A stretch of 63,962 bases of DNA, filler included, from Trypethelium eluteriae (Eukaryota): the NCBI GenBank assembly GCA_051942245.1. It is 3 parts of 3 records of this genome, joined end to end, with 100 filler letters (N's around TTAATTAATTAA, not from the genome) between each part and the next. Parts side by side here need not be neighbours in the genome. Positions count along the whole stretch, not along the records: positions 23,405 to 46,695 come from JAVECL010000425.1; 2 more parts are not named here. One strand, 5' to 3'. Under the pieces are notes generated by a model. It was not told the DNA's origin and searched no databases. It saw nothing but the letters and a program-made list of their open reading frames with translations. Shown piece after piece: positions 24,558-35,500 of the stretch (positions are counted from its first letter, which is position 1; each line of letters opens with the position of its first letter). The translations under genes and the position numbers were made by a program.

Positions 24558-25721
24558 ATGGGTTGTCTGCGTCGCCATTGCATAATAATCGGAGTCTCAC
24601 TTTTTCTTTCTAAGGTTGTTCTTTGCCTCACCCACAGTGATATTAATGAAATAACCACTATTTTTCCACTCAATGCATCACGTCGCATGAGATCGTTCTT
24701 AAGTATTCGAGAATTAGGCAATGAAAAACTAAGTAATCAAACCTTGGAACTTCCAGGGCTATGCATGCCCGATACTTGCGGCGCCACATGTGGGACTTTA
24801 GCTGGTCCACCATTCAAGAGCAAGGCTAAGGCGGGAAATGACTCTATGAATTCATATATGTCGATCAGTAATAACGTATCTTCCGGGTCACTTTCAACAA
24901 GTCCATTACAAAAGCGGCGGTATATTATGCAGAATCCACAGAATCGAGAAGCGTATATCGCAACACTAAGCAGGCTCATCACTACAAGAAACGGATGGCT
25001 TCACATCGCTCGCAGTCTTCACGGGACCAGTATGAAAAGCTGGGTTTATCTCACCGATCGGCCCCGATATCGTGATGCCTTCGGTGTCAAGAACCTATTG
25101 GGCTGTACATCGGTTATAATTGCGTCAAATGGGGGAATCTTGCTATCGAACATGTGGGAAATGCCGACTTTTCTGACAATGGACTACCAGCAGCCAGCTA
25201 GGGACGTTTTTCGTGCTGACACCTACGATATCTTAAGATATGGAAACCCTGCTGATCCAACTGGAGAGAGTATCGGATTCAGGTATTGGATAAGAGGGGG
25301 ATTCTTAATCTCTCGAATGAGGCCGGTCGTATTTATTATAACTCCATTTACTACAAATCGAGAGAGACAGCAATTGGGTGTCCAGACGGAGCTGCGATAT
25401 GAGGCAGAAGTCCAGAGCCTGGCTGCAGCCCTGCGACGCAGTATCCCGAGCCAGCAGCCTCCTCGCATCATAGGATACACTAGACATGACAGAACTGGCT
25501 TTGAAGCTTCCGAAGGCGACGAGACCTGGTGGGGAAAGGCTATTGTGGAAGTTGATCAGCACCACGCCGAGGCTAGAAATAGCCGGGGTCATTATGTTCC
25601 CTCAATTGACGGGTCGTGGAGATTGTGGGTTGAGGATAGACTGGAATACGAGCAGCATTACACCTACCCTCTCCTCAATTGGAATTGGAATCGGAAGCGT
25701 ACCAGTCCTGCCGGACCATAA
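24558..25721 (+). CDS. Putative secreted protein with an LxGCT motif (CheD/YfiH/CNF1-like fold, tentative)
   Basis: Intact 387-aa ORF with a hydrophobic N-terminus (HCIIIGVSLFLSKVVLC), Cys cluster CMPDTCGATC, dibasic site LQKRR and NLLGCTSVIIASNGGILLSNMWE. Confidence 0.6.
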   Translation: MGCLRRHCIIIGVSLFLSKVVLCLTHSDINEITTIFPLNASRRMRSFLSIRELGNEKLSNQTLELPGLCMPDTCGATCGTLAGPPFKSKAKAGNDSMNSYMSISNNVSSGSLSTSPLQKRRYIMQNPQNREAYIATLSRLITTRNGWLHIARSLHGTSMKSWVYLTDRPRYRDAFGVKNLLGCTSVIIASNGGILLSNMWEMPTFLTMDYQQPARDVFRADTYDILRYGNPADPTGESIGFRYWIRGGFLISRMRPVVFIITPFTTNRERQQLGVQTELRYEAEVQSLAAALRRSIPSQQPPRIIGYTRHDRTGFEASEGDETWWGKAIVEVDQHHAEARNSRGHYVPSIDGSWRLWVEDRLEYEQHYTYPLLNWNWNRKRTSPAGP

Positions 25722-26717
25722 GAAAGCGATGATTTTATTGTCATTGAGAGATATGAGTAAGTTGTCTATGAACCTTAGAACAACTGGAGAGCGAGCTATG
25801 AGTCGAGGCCGCTGAGCTGCTGCAGGGCAGTGAGAGAAGGACGGTAATTTTGAAGCTCACGCATCAATACCAAATAAAGTTTTCAGCGTTTGCAAGAGTA
25901 AGTCCAGAGCTACGTACTGATGACGGGAAAGCTCCAATGAGCAAGTCGATTAGGGTACAGTGGACATTGACCACTTGCAAGGTGCGACTGCCCAAGGTCC
26001 TTCGTATATATAGGTACACATCTGGACTTAATCACCTATCTCGTACTGGTAGAGTTTGGCTTCAGCCTGAAGTTTGAACTTGGGCGACCAAGTCCGGTTT
26101 GACGTCTTAGCTCGTCTGCTCCAGATCTCATGCCATTAAGTCTTATGAAATACCATCTTGGATGCACGATTCCTGGGGGCCAAGGAAGTCTTGGATCAGG
26201 CATTTGCGGGCCCAGAGCCTCAAAATCCAGAGGCTCAAGGTTACATTAATAAACTCGCTCACAGGCTCCACTTTTTTGTCACTTATACTGATGTGGTACC
26301 ATTGGCCATAAGAGGGCTCGCTGGCGGATACTCAACGTGATCCTGGGAATCCGGCAGACTCACAATTTGATGTTTCTTCACCTATACTCCAATAACTTGG
26401 TGTTCCGGTAAATCGGCGACCATTTTCGGCCAAATCGGTGCTGCTTTATGTGCCTCCGTAGGTCGGATTCAGGTGCGGGGTAATAGGGAGATCGTTCCAC
26501 GTCCCACGTCCTACCTAACTGCGGCGTAGGGATACTAAAATAGCTGCAGAAACTAGAATAGAACAGAACAGAATTGACCTGACACCCGAGGAGTAATTAT
26601 AGAAAAGAAAAACACTGCTTCTGCTCTTACTACCAATATTCCTCTTGTCTCTAATTGCTTCATTTACACTCCCAATCTTGATCCCACTAATTACCTCCAC
26701 AATAAGCAAAGGGAAGT

Positions 26718-26725
26718 AAAAAAAA
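26718..26725 (-). terminator. RNA polymerase III terminator (T8) of the tRNA-Asn gene
   Basis: A8 on the plus strand (T8 on minus), 7 nt downstream of the discriminator base. Confidence 0.8.
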
Positions 26726-26732
26726 GGTCCAT

Positions 26733-26907
26733 CTGGCCAGATGGGACTCGAACCCACAACCTCGCGATAGTTTGGATAACAGCTGTCGTTAATTAGTCAA
26801 GCAAACTTCGGGGCGTTGCTTTAACTTACTCGCACGCGCTAGCCCTACAACTCATTAGTAAATAAAGAGTGTGAAATATAATCCACTCACAATTGCGCCA
26901 CTAGCCA
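26733..26907 (-). tRNA. tRNA-Asn(GTT) with two spliceosomal-type introns (26845-26890, 26783-26829) and one canonical 37/38 intron (26769-26776)
   Basis: Exons 26907-26891, 26844-26830, 26782-26777 and 26768-26733 join to TGGCTAG TG GCGC AATTGGCTA GCGC G TGCGA CTGTTAA TCGCG AGGTT GTGGG TTCGAGT CCCAT CTGGCCA G (74 nt). All four stems pair (with G-U pairs), the anticodon is GTT, the B box is GGTTCGAGTCC, and a T8 terminator follows. Confidence 0.9.
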
Positions 26908-28879
26908 TGAATCTTGGACTTTATATTTCTTTAAGTAAATAATGAATATTATACTATATTGTGTCATATTATTTTATGTGTGGGTGTCTATGCTCTATCA
27001 GTTCTTAACGTTTAGATAATTCGCATTAAGACTTTGGTAATTCCGCCCAACACCTTGACTTGGTTACAAGTTTATTACAAAGGCCTCCGTATACCTCGTC
27101 CTAATAATTTCTACCTCCTTTCTACATCCTCATTTCTGGGCTCGGGATCACAAGAGCTACGATGGAGTACGCAGTTCATCTCAATTTCCTGGTCATTTTT
27201 GGTTCGCTGATTCGAGGAAACATAGTGGCATTAACGTGTAGGATAAGACTGCGGTGAAAAATAAAACATTGCTAGATGAAAATTTTGCAGAGCCAACAAA
27301 AGGCGCCGTTGTGTATCCTTCGTCGGGCTACATCTTGAAGGGTGAAAGAGTATTCGCCGCTGTTACTGCCACTGCCTGGCTTCTCAAGATCCCTCTCAAG
27401 CTCCAACAGAAGCAGTTTGACTAAACACTGCCACATCCTGTCCCTGATACACTGACTAGGGGAGCGAATCATAAAGTTGCTTTGAAACGATTGACGGGTC
27501 ACAGCATGACATCTGTCAGAATTTTAGGTGGCAATGATCGTCGAGGTCAAGATCTGTCTCTCTTCTTATCTGGCTAGGAAATGAAGCTGTATATATACAC
27601 CGTAACAACCCCTGTATCTTCGGGATCTCATCCTTCTGCTTCCGAGAGTATTAGTCAGCTAAATGATCTAGAACTCTCTGATATAGCTAGGATAATATTG
27701 ACAACATCAGTCTTCAGCATCAGTCATGCACTTTCTGAAGTCGCTCTGAAGTGCATGTACTCAACTCACGAATTCGAACTCACACTGGACTGTCAGAATA
27801 TCTTGGTGCGGATGCGGACGATTGGGCAGACCAACAGATTCTTCAATTTGGAGCAAATTTCCCTCTGGCCAACATTAACAAGACCCGCAGGTTCTTCGTC
27901 CGAATCAGAATTAATTGGTTTTTCGTGAAAGACGCTCCATATCAGCCAAAGATACATACCTACGAAAAGCGGCCGTCAAGCACGAAGATGATTCGATGGT
28001 AAACCGTTTACTTTTCAATACCGCCGAACAATTACGATGTTCCGAATGTTGTTCCAATCCTAGTGCTCACCAATAAGCTAGGTAATGATTTATCAACTGC
28101 CGATGGTATGTCATTAGTGTTTAGCCAAGTCAGAATGGCGCTCACGTCGGGCGCCTTCAAAACATATCTAACCTCCGGCAACGAAAATGGTATGATAAGA
28201 CTTTGACACGGATTCCAAAGGCGCCATTTTAGTTCACTTATTATAATTTATCTCACCTATACCGCTTCAGGCATGACCTTTTTCATTACGGCTTTAGCGT
28301 TGAAAGATACGCTGGTGACCAAGAATTCGATTAGTGGGAATCAGTGAAGGGAATACTGAAAAAGTAATTCGCTGGATGTTTGGGAGACAGCAGTTCTGGA
28401 CGTGGGGATTATTATCTTGTGCTGCAATTCATAACGTGTTTGCTGCCGGTCTGCACGTAGCGAGATTTACAATTGATGGTGACACAGAAAGATCACGCGG
28501 GCAGAAGAAACATGAAGTAGGTGATAAGAAAAGTATAGAGTGTAGGAGCTTGGTAGCGGTGCCAAATTTAGGGAGCGAAAATGAGAGCAATGTGTCTCAA
28601 CTGGTATATCTAATGTGAATGAGGCTATCTAGAGTACAAAAGAACGTATGAGTGAGGGACTCTAGTAGTGTGAAATAGTCATTAATCTAAGCTCCCGTAT
28701 AGTCATCTATTCCTGTCTTTACACAGAGTCCAATTCGGCATTTGATTTTTTTACCATTGCCGTTTAAAGAAACACAAAGGCAATTGGAGAACCTACGAAG
28801 CGAAAGGGTAGCGGCGGCTTGCTGGTTTAAGAGGCGTGTGCAGCGACGTCATACTACAAAGATCTTACACACCTACTCA

Positions 28880-29527
28880 TTAAATCCCACGAGACTCTAA
28901 CGCGGCCTTCAGCGTCCTCTGAAAACCATGTACGTCCCCAAGACTAATTATCGTGTAATGGCCCCTTTCACCTCATGATACCTCACCTCATCCGTACTCA
29001 AATCCCTCCACTTGCTCAAATGTTTGTCTATCAAATCATCCATGGCTCTTACTGCGTCCATAAGTGGGATCGCACGGAAGACATCCATACTCTCCATTTC
29101 ACCACTGGGCTTGTAGTCGACAGCGGAACCCTGGAGGGAAGAAGGCGAAAGTGGCCTAGTTGTCGAGTTTGCTCTTGTCGAGACCTAGATCGGAGAGTAT
29201 TCGTGGTGGAGAGAGAACGAAGACGTGCTTGAGTACGGCAGAATGCGATTAGGATTGTAAGACGGGATGTATCTTGTGCGCGTATTCTTCGCGAAAGAAT
29301 CCGAGGAAGGAGGGGAGGTGCACGAGACAGTGAGTCTAATCGAGAGCTCGCATGCGGTACTTGATGTGTGGCGGGAGGTTGAAGATGCCAAGGAAGCGGA
29401 CATCGCTACCGTTCTTATCGAGGGTCCTCGTGAGTTCGAAGGCGACCATGGATCCGAAGGAATAGTCGGCTATGGTGTAAGGACCTGTCGGCTGGACACC
29501 CTTGATCTTGTAGTAATAGCTTATCAA
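28880..29527 (-). pseudogene. C-terminal thioesterase domain relic of an NRPS-like (A-T-TE, quinone/butenolide synthetase type) enzyme
   Basis: [29 protein letters not shown]...[21 protein letters not shown], ...DYKPSGEMESMDVFRAIPL...HLSKWRDL...FQRTLKAALESRGI*. It has stops and frameshifts, GYS is changed to DYS, and no A or T domain lies upstream. Confidence 0.8.
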
Positions 29528-29589
29528 AGTAGTAATCTATGTTCCGGTAAATCAGCTACCGAAAATACGCTTTTAGGAAAATTACTAGA

Positions 29590-32500
29590 CGGAAAATGCA
29601 AGCTTGGAACGAAATGTCGGAATTTTCACCCCGAAGTGCCGTGGTTGAAAGTAGCAGGGGAGCCGAAAGCAAGGAAGGCGTCTGCAGCCGTTTCGGCGGG
29701 GAACGACATGAGAGAGCTGCCGGAATTTGTAAAGGAGATATCCAAAGACGATGTCAGCGGGTTAGCGCAAGAGAGAGAAGCAAAATCGGGAGAGAGTAGT
29801 GGTTTAGGGTCAGAAGGCGCAGATGCCGCTGGCATCCCAGCAAGAAGCCTGTCCCCAACATTCGTCATGATATCAAGCGAGAAGCCTGCGGAAACCAAGA
29901 GACCTAAGGAAGACGACACCCTTGCACAATGCGAGGACTCAGCGGAAGACGAGGAGCTCACCGAGAACATGGAAAGCAAGCAGCTGGTGCAGTATATGGA
30001 GCCCACGAAGGACTCGGAGAGACGGCAGTCTGTGCAGAGCAACAAGTCCACCAAGGAATGCATGCCGACAAAGGATGACAAGATTCCGGAAGGCGACAAG
30101 ATCCCGAAGGATGAGGAGAGCGCGGAAGACAGGACATTCTCGAATAACCCGCTGCAAGTCGCCACTCAGGCTCTCAGCGCCTTCGAAGGCTTCCAAGCCG
30201 TTTCTGATGATATAGCTAAAGTTCTTTGACGGACAGATCTGTTGAAAGCTCAAGGACGAGACCTGGCAGAGGAATGCGGCAGCATGAGCTTATACATCGT
30301 TACGGACAACAGCTTCGACTTTGTCAAAGCTGCCGAGCTGTATTACAACTATCTCCGAGCAGCAGGATACTTTCCCGATGGATCGCGATTCGACCGATGT
30401 GTTGCAAAGAGTGACTGCTGCTCCTGCTCCATCTGCCGATCTTGCATTAACGCCGGTTTGGATAGCCTGGAAAGTGGAACACTGCTCATCAAAGAATCCG
30501 ATAGCTTGTGTTCGGCTGGCAAAAAGGACTTGCGCTCGATTCTGACAGGAAGAAAGAAGCTGAATTTCGTCTTAGCATCAAAAACTACCAGTTCCCCTCA
30601 GTCTTTGGGTGATCTCCTGCCCTTCGGGCTCCAGCAATTAAGCGTTCGATCTCGGACGGAAAATTCCGAAGAATTGTTCCAGCTTGTCAAAGCGGCCTTC
30701 CTAAAAATCATCAGTGACAAGTTTAAGGGAGGCATGAAGTTCAAAGGTGGACCTAATGGCACGTACGTTCGTGTGGCTGTCCGGAAAATTATTGATGATC
30801 GCGATAAATGATGTTGTAACAAACAACTGAATCGGAGGAAAGAACTCAATTGACCTATCTAGGTCGCCCGAGGTGCAGGCTGCTATATAGACCTCCCTAT
30901 CTAGGTGAGGGCGAAGGAAAATGAACTAATAACTACAGAGCGTAAGGATCTACATGAAGGGATCCGAGCGCGCGTGAGATGTGGTAAACACCACCTCCGA
31001 GGCTATGTTGATTGTATCTACTTCATGAACAACATCAATAAAGGAGTTGAAGAAGCTGTCAACTCGGCATTGCGGATTATTCATGGTAGACAGATAGAGC
31101 GACTTCTTACCAGCGCCAAAAGTAGTGGGCATAATAACACAGAGCCCCTGGACAACTTAGCCTTGACTGCTGACAATCTTATTGGCCCTGTACCCGATAT
31201 TGCCAACTCTCAGATCAAAGAGTGGAATGAGTTGCAGGGTATAATTGGATTGGACTCTGTTAAATCGTCAATTCGTGCCCAAATAAATCACTTGCTTTTG
31301 AATTATTATCAACAATTAAATAAACTGAAGCTATTACAAATTGGTCTTTTAATATTGTTTCTAGGACCTCCGGGGATAGGTAAGTAAAAATGCCTAAAGT
31401 TATTGTTACTATGCCCTATTTCAGCTTTATCCTCTTCTAATTGGAACTATCTCTGGTCAGGAGCTGACTTGGGCTTAAGGAAAGACAACAGTTGCAAAGT
31501 TATATGGCAAGATTCTTGCCCACTTCGGAGTCCTATCACGTGGCAAGGTTATGGTTAAAAATTCCAGTGAATTCATCACTAAGTACGTCGGACAGTCTGC
31601 AAAAAGGACAAGGAAGATCCTCCAAGAAGCACGAGGTAATATCCTAGTGATTAACAAAGCCTACATACTCCATCCTCAGCGCAATCATAACTGTCCATAC
31701 CAACAAGAGATTATGGATACTATTATTAGTAAGGTGCAAAATAAGCCTGGGGAGGATATTTGTGTTATTATGTATGGGTATAAAAATAAAATGGAAGACT
31801 TCATCCGAGAAGCAAATCCTGGCCTACAATAACACTTTCCTATTGACAATGCCTTTATCTTTAAAGACTTTAACAAAGAGTAATTAGGTGACATCCTTAA
31901 TCTCAAAATACAACAGCGGGGCCTTACTGTATCAGAGGAGGCTCAAGCTGTAGCAATAAATATCCTCAAGCTTACAAAGCAGCGGCCGAACTTTGGCAAC
32001 AGCAGCAAAGTCAACCACATTATTAATCAAGCCATTGTCAATTTTTAAGATCGGTTTGGCAAGTTGCTAAATAATATAAGGTTGGAGTACAGCAAAGAAA
32101 AATTAATCTCAGAAAACAACTTTGATCCAGATAATTTAAGAGTCCTACGTACTGAAGACAAATTTAACTATAAATTTCATAACCTTATTGGACTGGACTT
32201 ACAGATTAATACTTTCAAACATCTCACTCACAGAGTAAAAAATATAAAAAGGCATAATATGGATCCTAAGCCTTGTATCCCGTTCCATTTTGTTTTTAAA
32301 GGCCCTCCTAGTTGTGGAAAAACCACTTTAGCGAGAAATATTGGTACCATATTCTATCAAATGGGGCTACTTACCACAAGCAATGTTGTGGAAGCCTTAG
32401 TACAGGATATGGTCGAGACTACAGTGGCCAGACAGCCGCCAAAACTCAAAATCTAATAAACAGTGCTCACAGCAAAGTGCTGTTGATTGATAAGGCATAT

Positions 32501-35500
32501 TATCTGACGGGGAAGGAGCCAGCTGACCATCATCTGGCAGAGGCACAAGATGAGCTAGTCAACAATTTAACCAAAACACAATCCCTTGGCAAACTGGTCA
32601 TTATCCTTGCTGGCTATAAGTCAGCAATCAATACCATACTGCAAATAAATCCAGGACTCTTAAGTTGATTCCGAACATACATACAGTTCACGGAATTGTC
32701 CAGCCATGCCTGCACCCGGCTCCTGAAAAGGAAAATTGAAAGAAGCGGAGCCACAGTAGCCCTCAGAGACAAGTCAGCTATTAAAAGGATGTTTGAAAGT
32801 CTGAAGTTAACTGATGGTTGGGGCAATGGCCGTGATGTAGAGTATCTAGCCATGGAGGTTGCTGGTCGTACATTCAAAGACATGGCCGACGATTCCCATC
32901 TAATAGTCGGAGATACTTTGATTTTAGAAATTATGCAGGATTGGTATATTCGACTTTGTGGATACGTCGACAAAGCAAGTCTACCAATAGATCCTAAACC
33001 GTTCGGAAAAGTCAACCAACAGAGTTTACTCAGACAAGAATCTCGTGGGAAAGCCAAGATATGGCCTGATGGCTCCACTCTCTTTCCTCTGCATCCACCA
33101 ACAGACTCAAGATTTCTTGAATCAAAGTCAAGTGTACATACGGTGTCAAGTTCATCAGTAGACTCTAACAAAGTACATTTGTCGGAGTCAACTGCTTGAG
33201 TAGAAGCCGGCAGCCCCCGAGATTCTACTATAGTTTCACTTGAGCACGCGAAAGAGAATAAGCCAGGATTGACAGATCTGACAGGAAAAGATGGCTGTTT
33301 CCATAAAGAGCCTGAATTAAAATCGACAGTGTTACCAGGAAATGAAGGTCCTGATATTGTTGGACAATCAGGCATAACTCCCAATCCCGAGGAGTCAAAG
33401 GGCTCGGACTTAGATGCAGTAGATGATAGAAACGCCGAAGAAAGGATTTTTGATGATGGAGAGGACTTAATCTTTCATGAGTTAAGTTCATTCTTTCAAG
33501 GTGAAAATTCAGAAGTGTCTCAAATAATCAAGCCGGTTATCGAAGAGTTGGTGAAAGAAATTGGATATGAACCCTATTGCCCGGAAGCGCAAATGAGTTT
33601 CCAGAAAGTCATAGGCCAAGAAATACAAAAGTGGATGATTAGTAAAATCAATTGTTCTTTGATCCAGGAATCTGGTAAAAAATCTAGCTCAAAGCATGGA
33701 GACATGTGCTAACAATGATATTAGGAAATTCACGCCATCTTCTCTCAGTAGCCATGGACAAGATCGTTACAGAGTTGCAGAAAGTTAAATCTGAATTACA
33801 CAAGAGGCTCTCACAAGTGATTGGACCATTACTTCACCATATAAGACCAGCAGAGCTCATTTCGTCTCTTATCGAAGTCGACGGGCTTGAGCGCTCAGGT
33901 GAAGACTCCTATAATAAGCCTCGAATCCGTTTCGCTTTTCCGGCTACTTATTTGCTACAGAGGCAACCATTGATCTTGGGACCAAAAGACTATGATGTTA
34001 CACCACAGTCGCGAAACTATGGTTAGATGAATGCATGAGACAACATCAAGGCTACTGCACTCCAAAGCCCAATAACTCTGAGCGAGGACCTAAGTGGTTA
34101 CTTGACATAAATGCTAGAAAGATTGTTCAAGCGACTGCTAAAATGAAGTATTTTGCTTTAAGCTACGTTTGGGGCCAAACTCATATATTTCGGAATACTA
34201 GCTCAAATATCCTTTCCCTTTAACAAGTTGGGGGATTCCAATATACCAACGTCCCGTATACGGTCCAAGACGCTATAAGGCATACCCAGACCTTCGGGTA
34301 CCAGTACCTCTGGGTTGACAGCATTTGCATCGTTCAAGATGATAGTGAAGAAGTTTCTTCTCAACTAGATCAGATGTGCGATATCTACGGTGGAGCAGAG
34401 CTAACTCTTGTTGCTGCACAGGGAAAAGATGCTTCTCATGGAATGCACACTTTTTGGCCTCCCCCGACTCCCGCCGCAAAGCATTTATTTCCCTTGGATC
34501 TGAACAAATTTATCACACCGGAAAACTTGAGGGGATTAGTCCCAAGTCGATTTCCGGAACAAGACTGTGAGGCCGAAGAGATTTGGCTGTCGGCCTTGCA
34601 GTGGGAAGAATTCACGTCCGAGACCACACCGGTCTACATTCCACCGTTGGTTGTAAAATCCCGCCTGATGCTGGGCAAAGATTATCCGAAAAACGGAACA
34701 CCGAAAATCAAGGATATGTTCATTCCGGTGCATGAGGCTTCGAGGAAGGAGAATGAGGTAAAGTCAATGATCGATATTCTTGAGCAATTCATCAGCTTCC
34801 CTGCCGAGCTTGGGCCTGAAAGATTCCCGGATGTGGTTTCGAAAGGGAAAAAATGCTTTCCAACCCCAATTACAAACGTTAGAAACAGTTCTTGGTATCA
34901 CCGAGGCTGGACGATGCAGGAGCGAATGTCGTCAAAACGACTCCTCATCTTCACACAACATAGCATGGCTTGGAATTGCTCATGTGCCCTAAAGGATCTA
35001 TTCTTCGATCTCCGGAAAACGAATCACTGGTATTCGGAATTGGATATCAGGAGCGCGGTTGTCCCACGGCACAAACAATGGGCCTGCCTTCATGACTACT
35101 CCAATGTTGTTGGCGAGTACAATCACTTGGATCTTACCTTTGATAGCGACATTATGAGAGCCTTTGCAGGAATGACTTCGTCATTTCAGCAAAATTTCCC
35201 CGGTGGATTTCACTTTGGTCTGCCCGTGATTTTCTTCCATTGGTGTCTTCTCTGGCAACCACATCAACCATTGCGCAAGAGAATTACTGGCTCAAACAAT
35301 GCAAATACTGCCTGGCCTTCCTGGTCTTGGGTATTATGGCACGGCGAGCTAGACTTTAATCTCTGGAATTCAACATACAACATTATTAGCAAATCTTGGA
35401 GCATAGATATGAGACTGAGGTATAAAAAATTCAGATTCAGACCGAGGACCAAAAAGAAATATATTAGAGTCTTCAACCAACTTATCAGGATCACAAAGGC

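Noticed and set aside
26515..26757. 80-aa minus ORF overlapping the tRNA 3' end, raising the idea that the GT-AG introns belong to an mRNA
   Set aside because: It starts at a GTG inside the T-arm and has no recognisable protein features. The spliced exons form a complete cloverleaf, which explains the sequence far better.
26920..26925. TATAAA upstream of the tRNA gene
   Set aside because: It is only 13-18 nt from the mature 5' end, in AT-rich DNA, and too close to call a functional TATA box.
27160..28330. Fragmentary plus-strand coding-like stretches
   Set aside because: Possibly a decayed gene, but I recognise no family and cannot build a consistent exon structure.
29267..29589. ATG at 29267 as the true start of the CCCH-AAA-HET gene
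   Set aside because: Most of this stretch is the antisense strand of the thioesterase relic, so the open frame is probably incidental.
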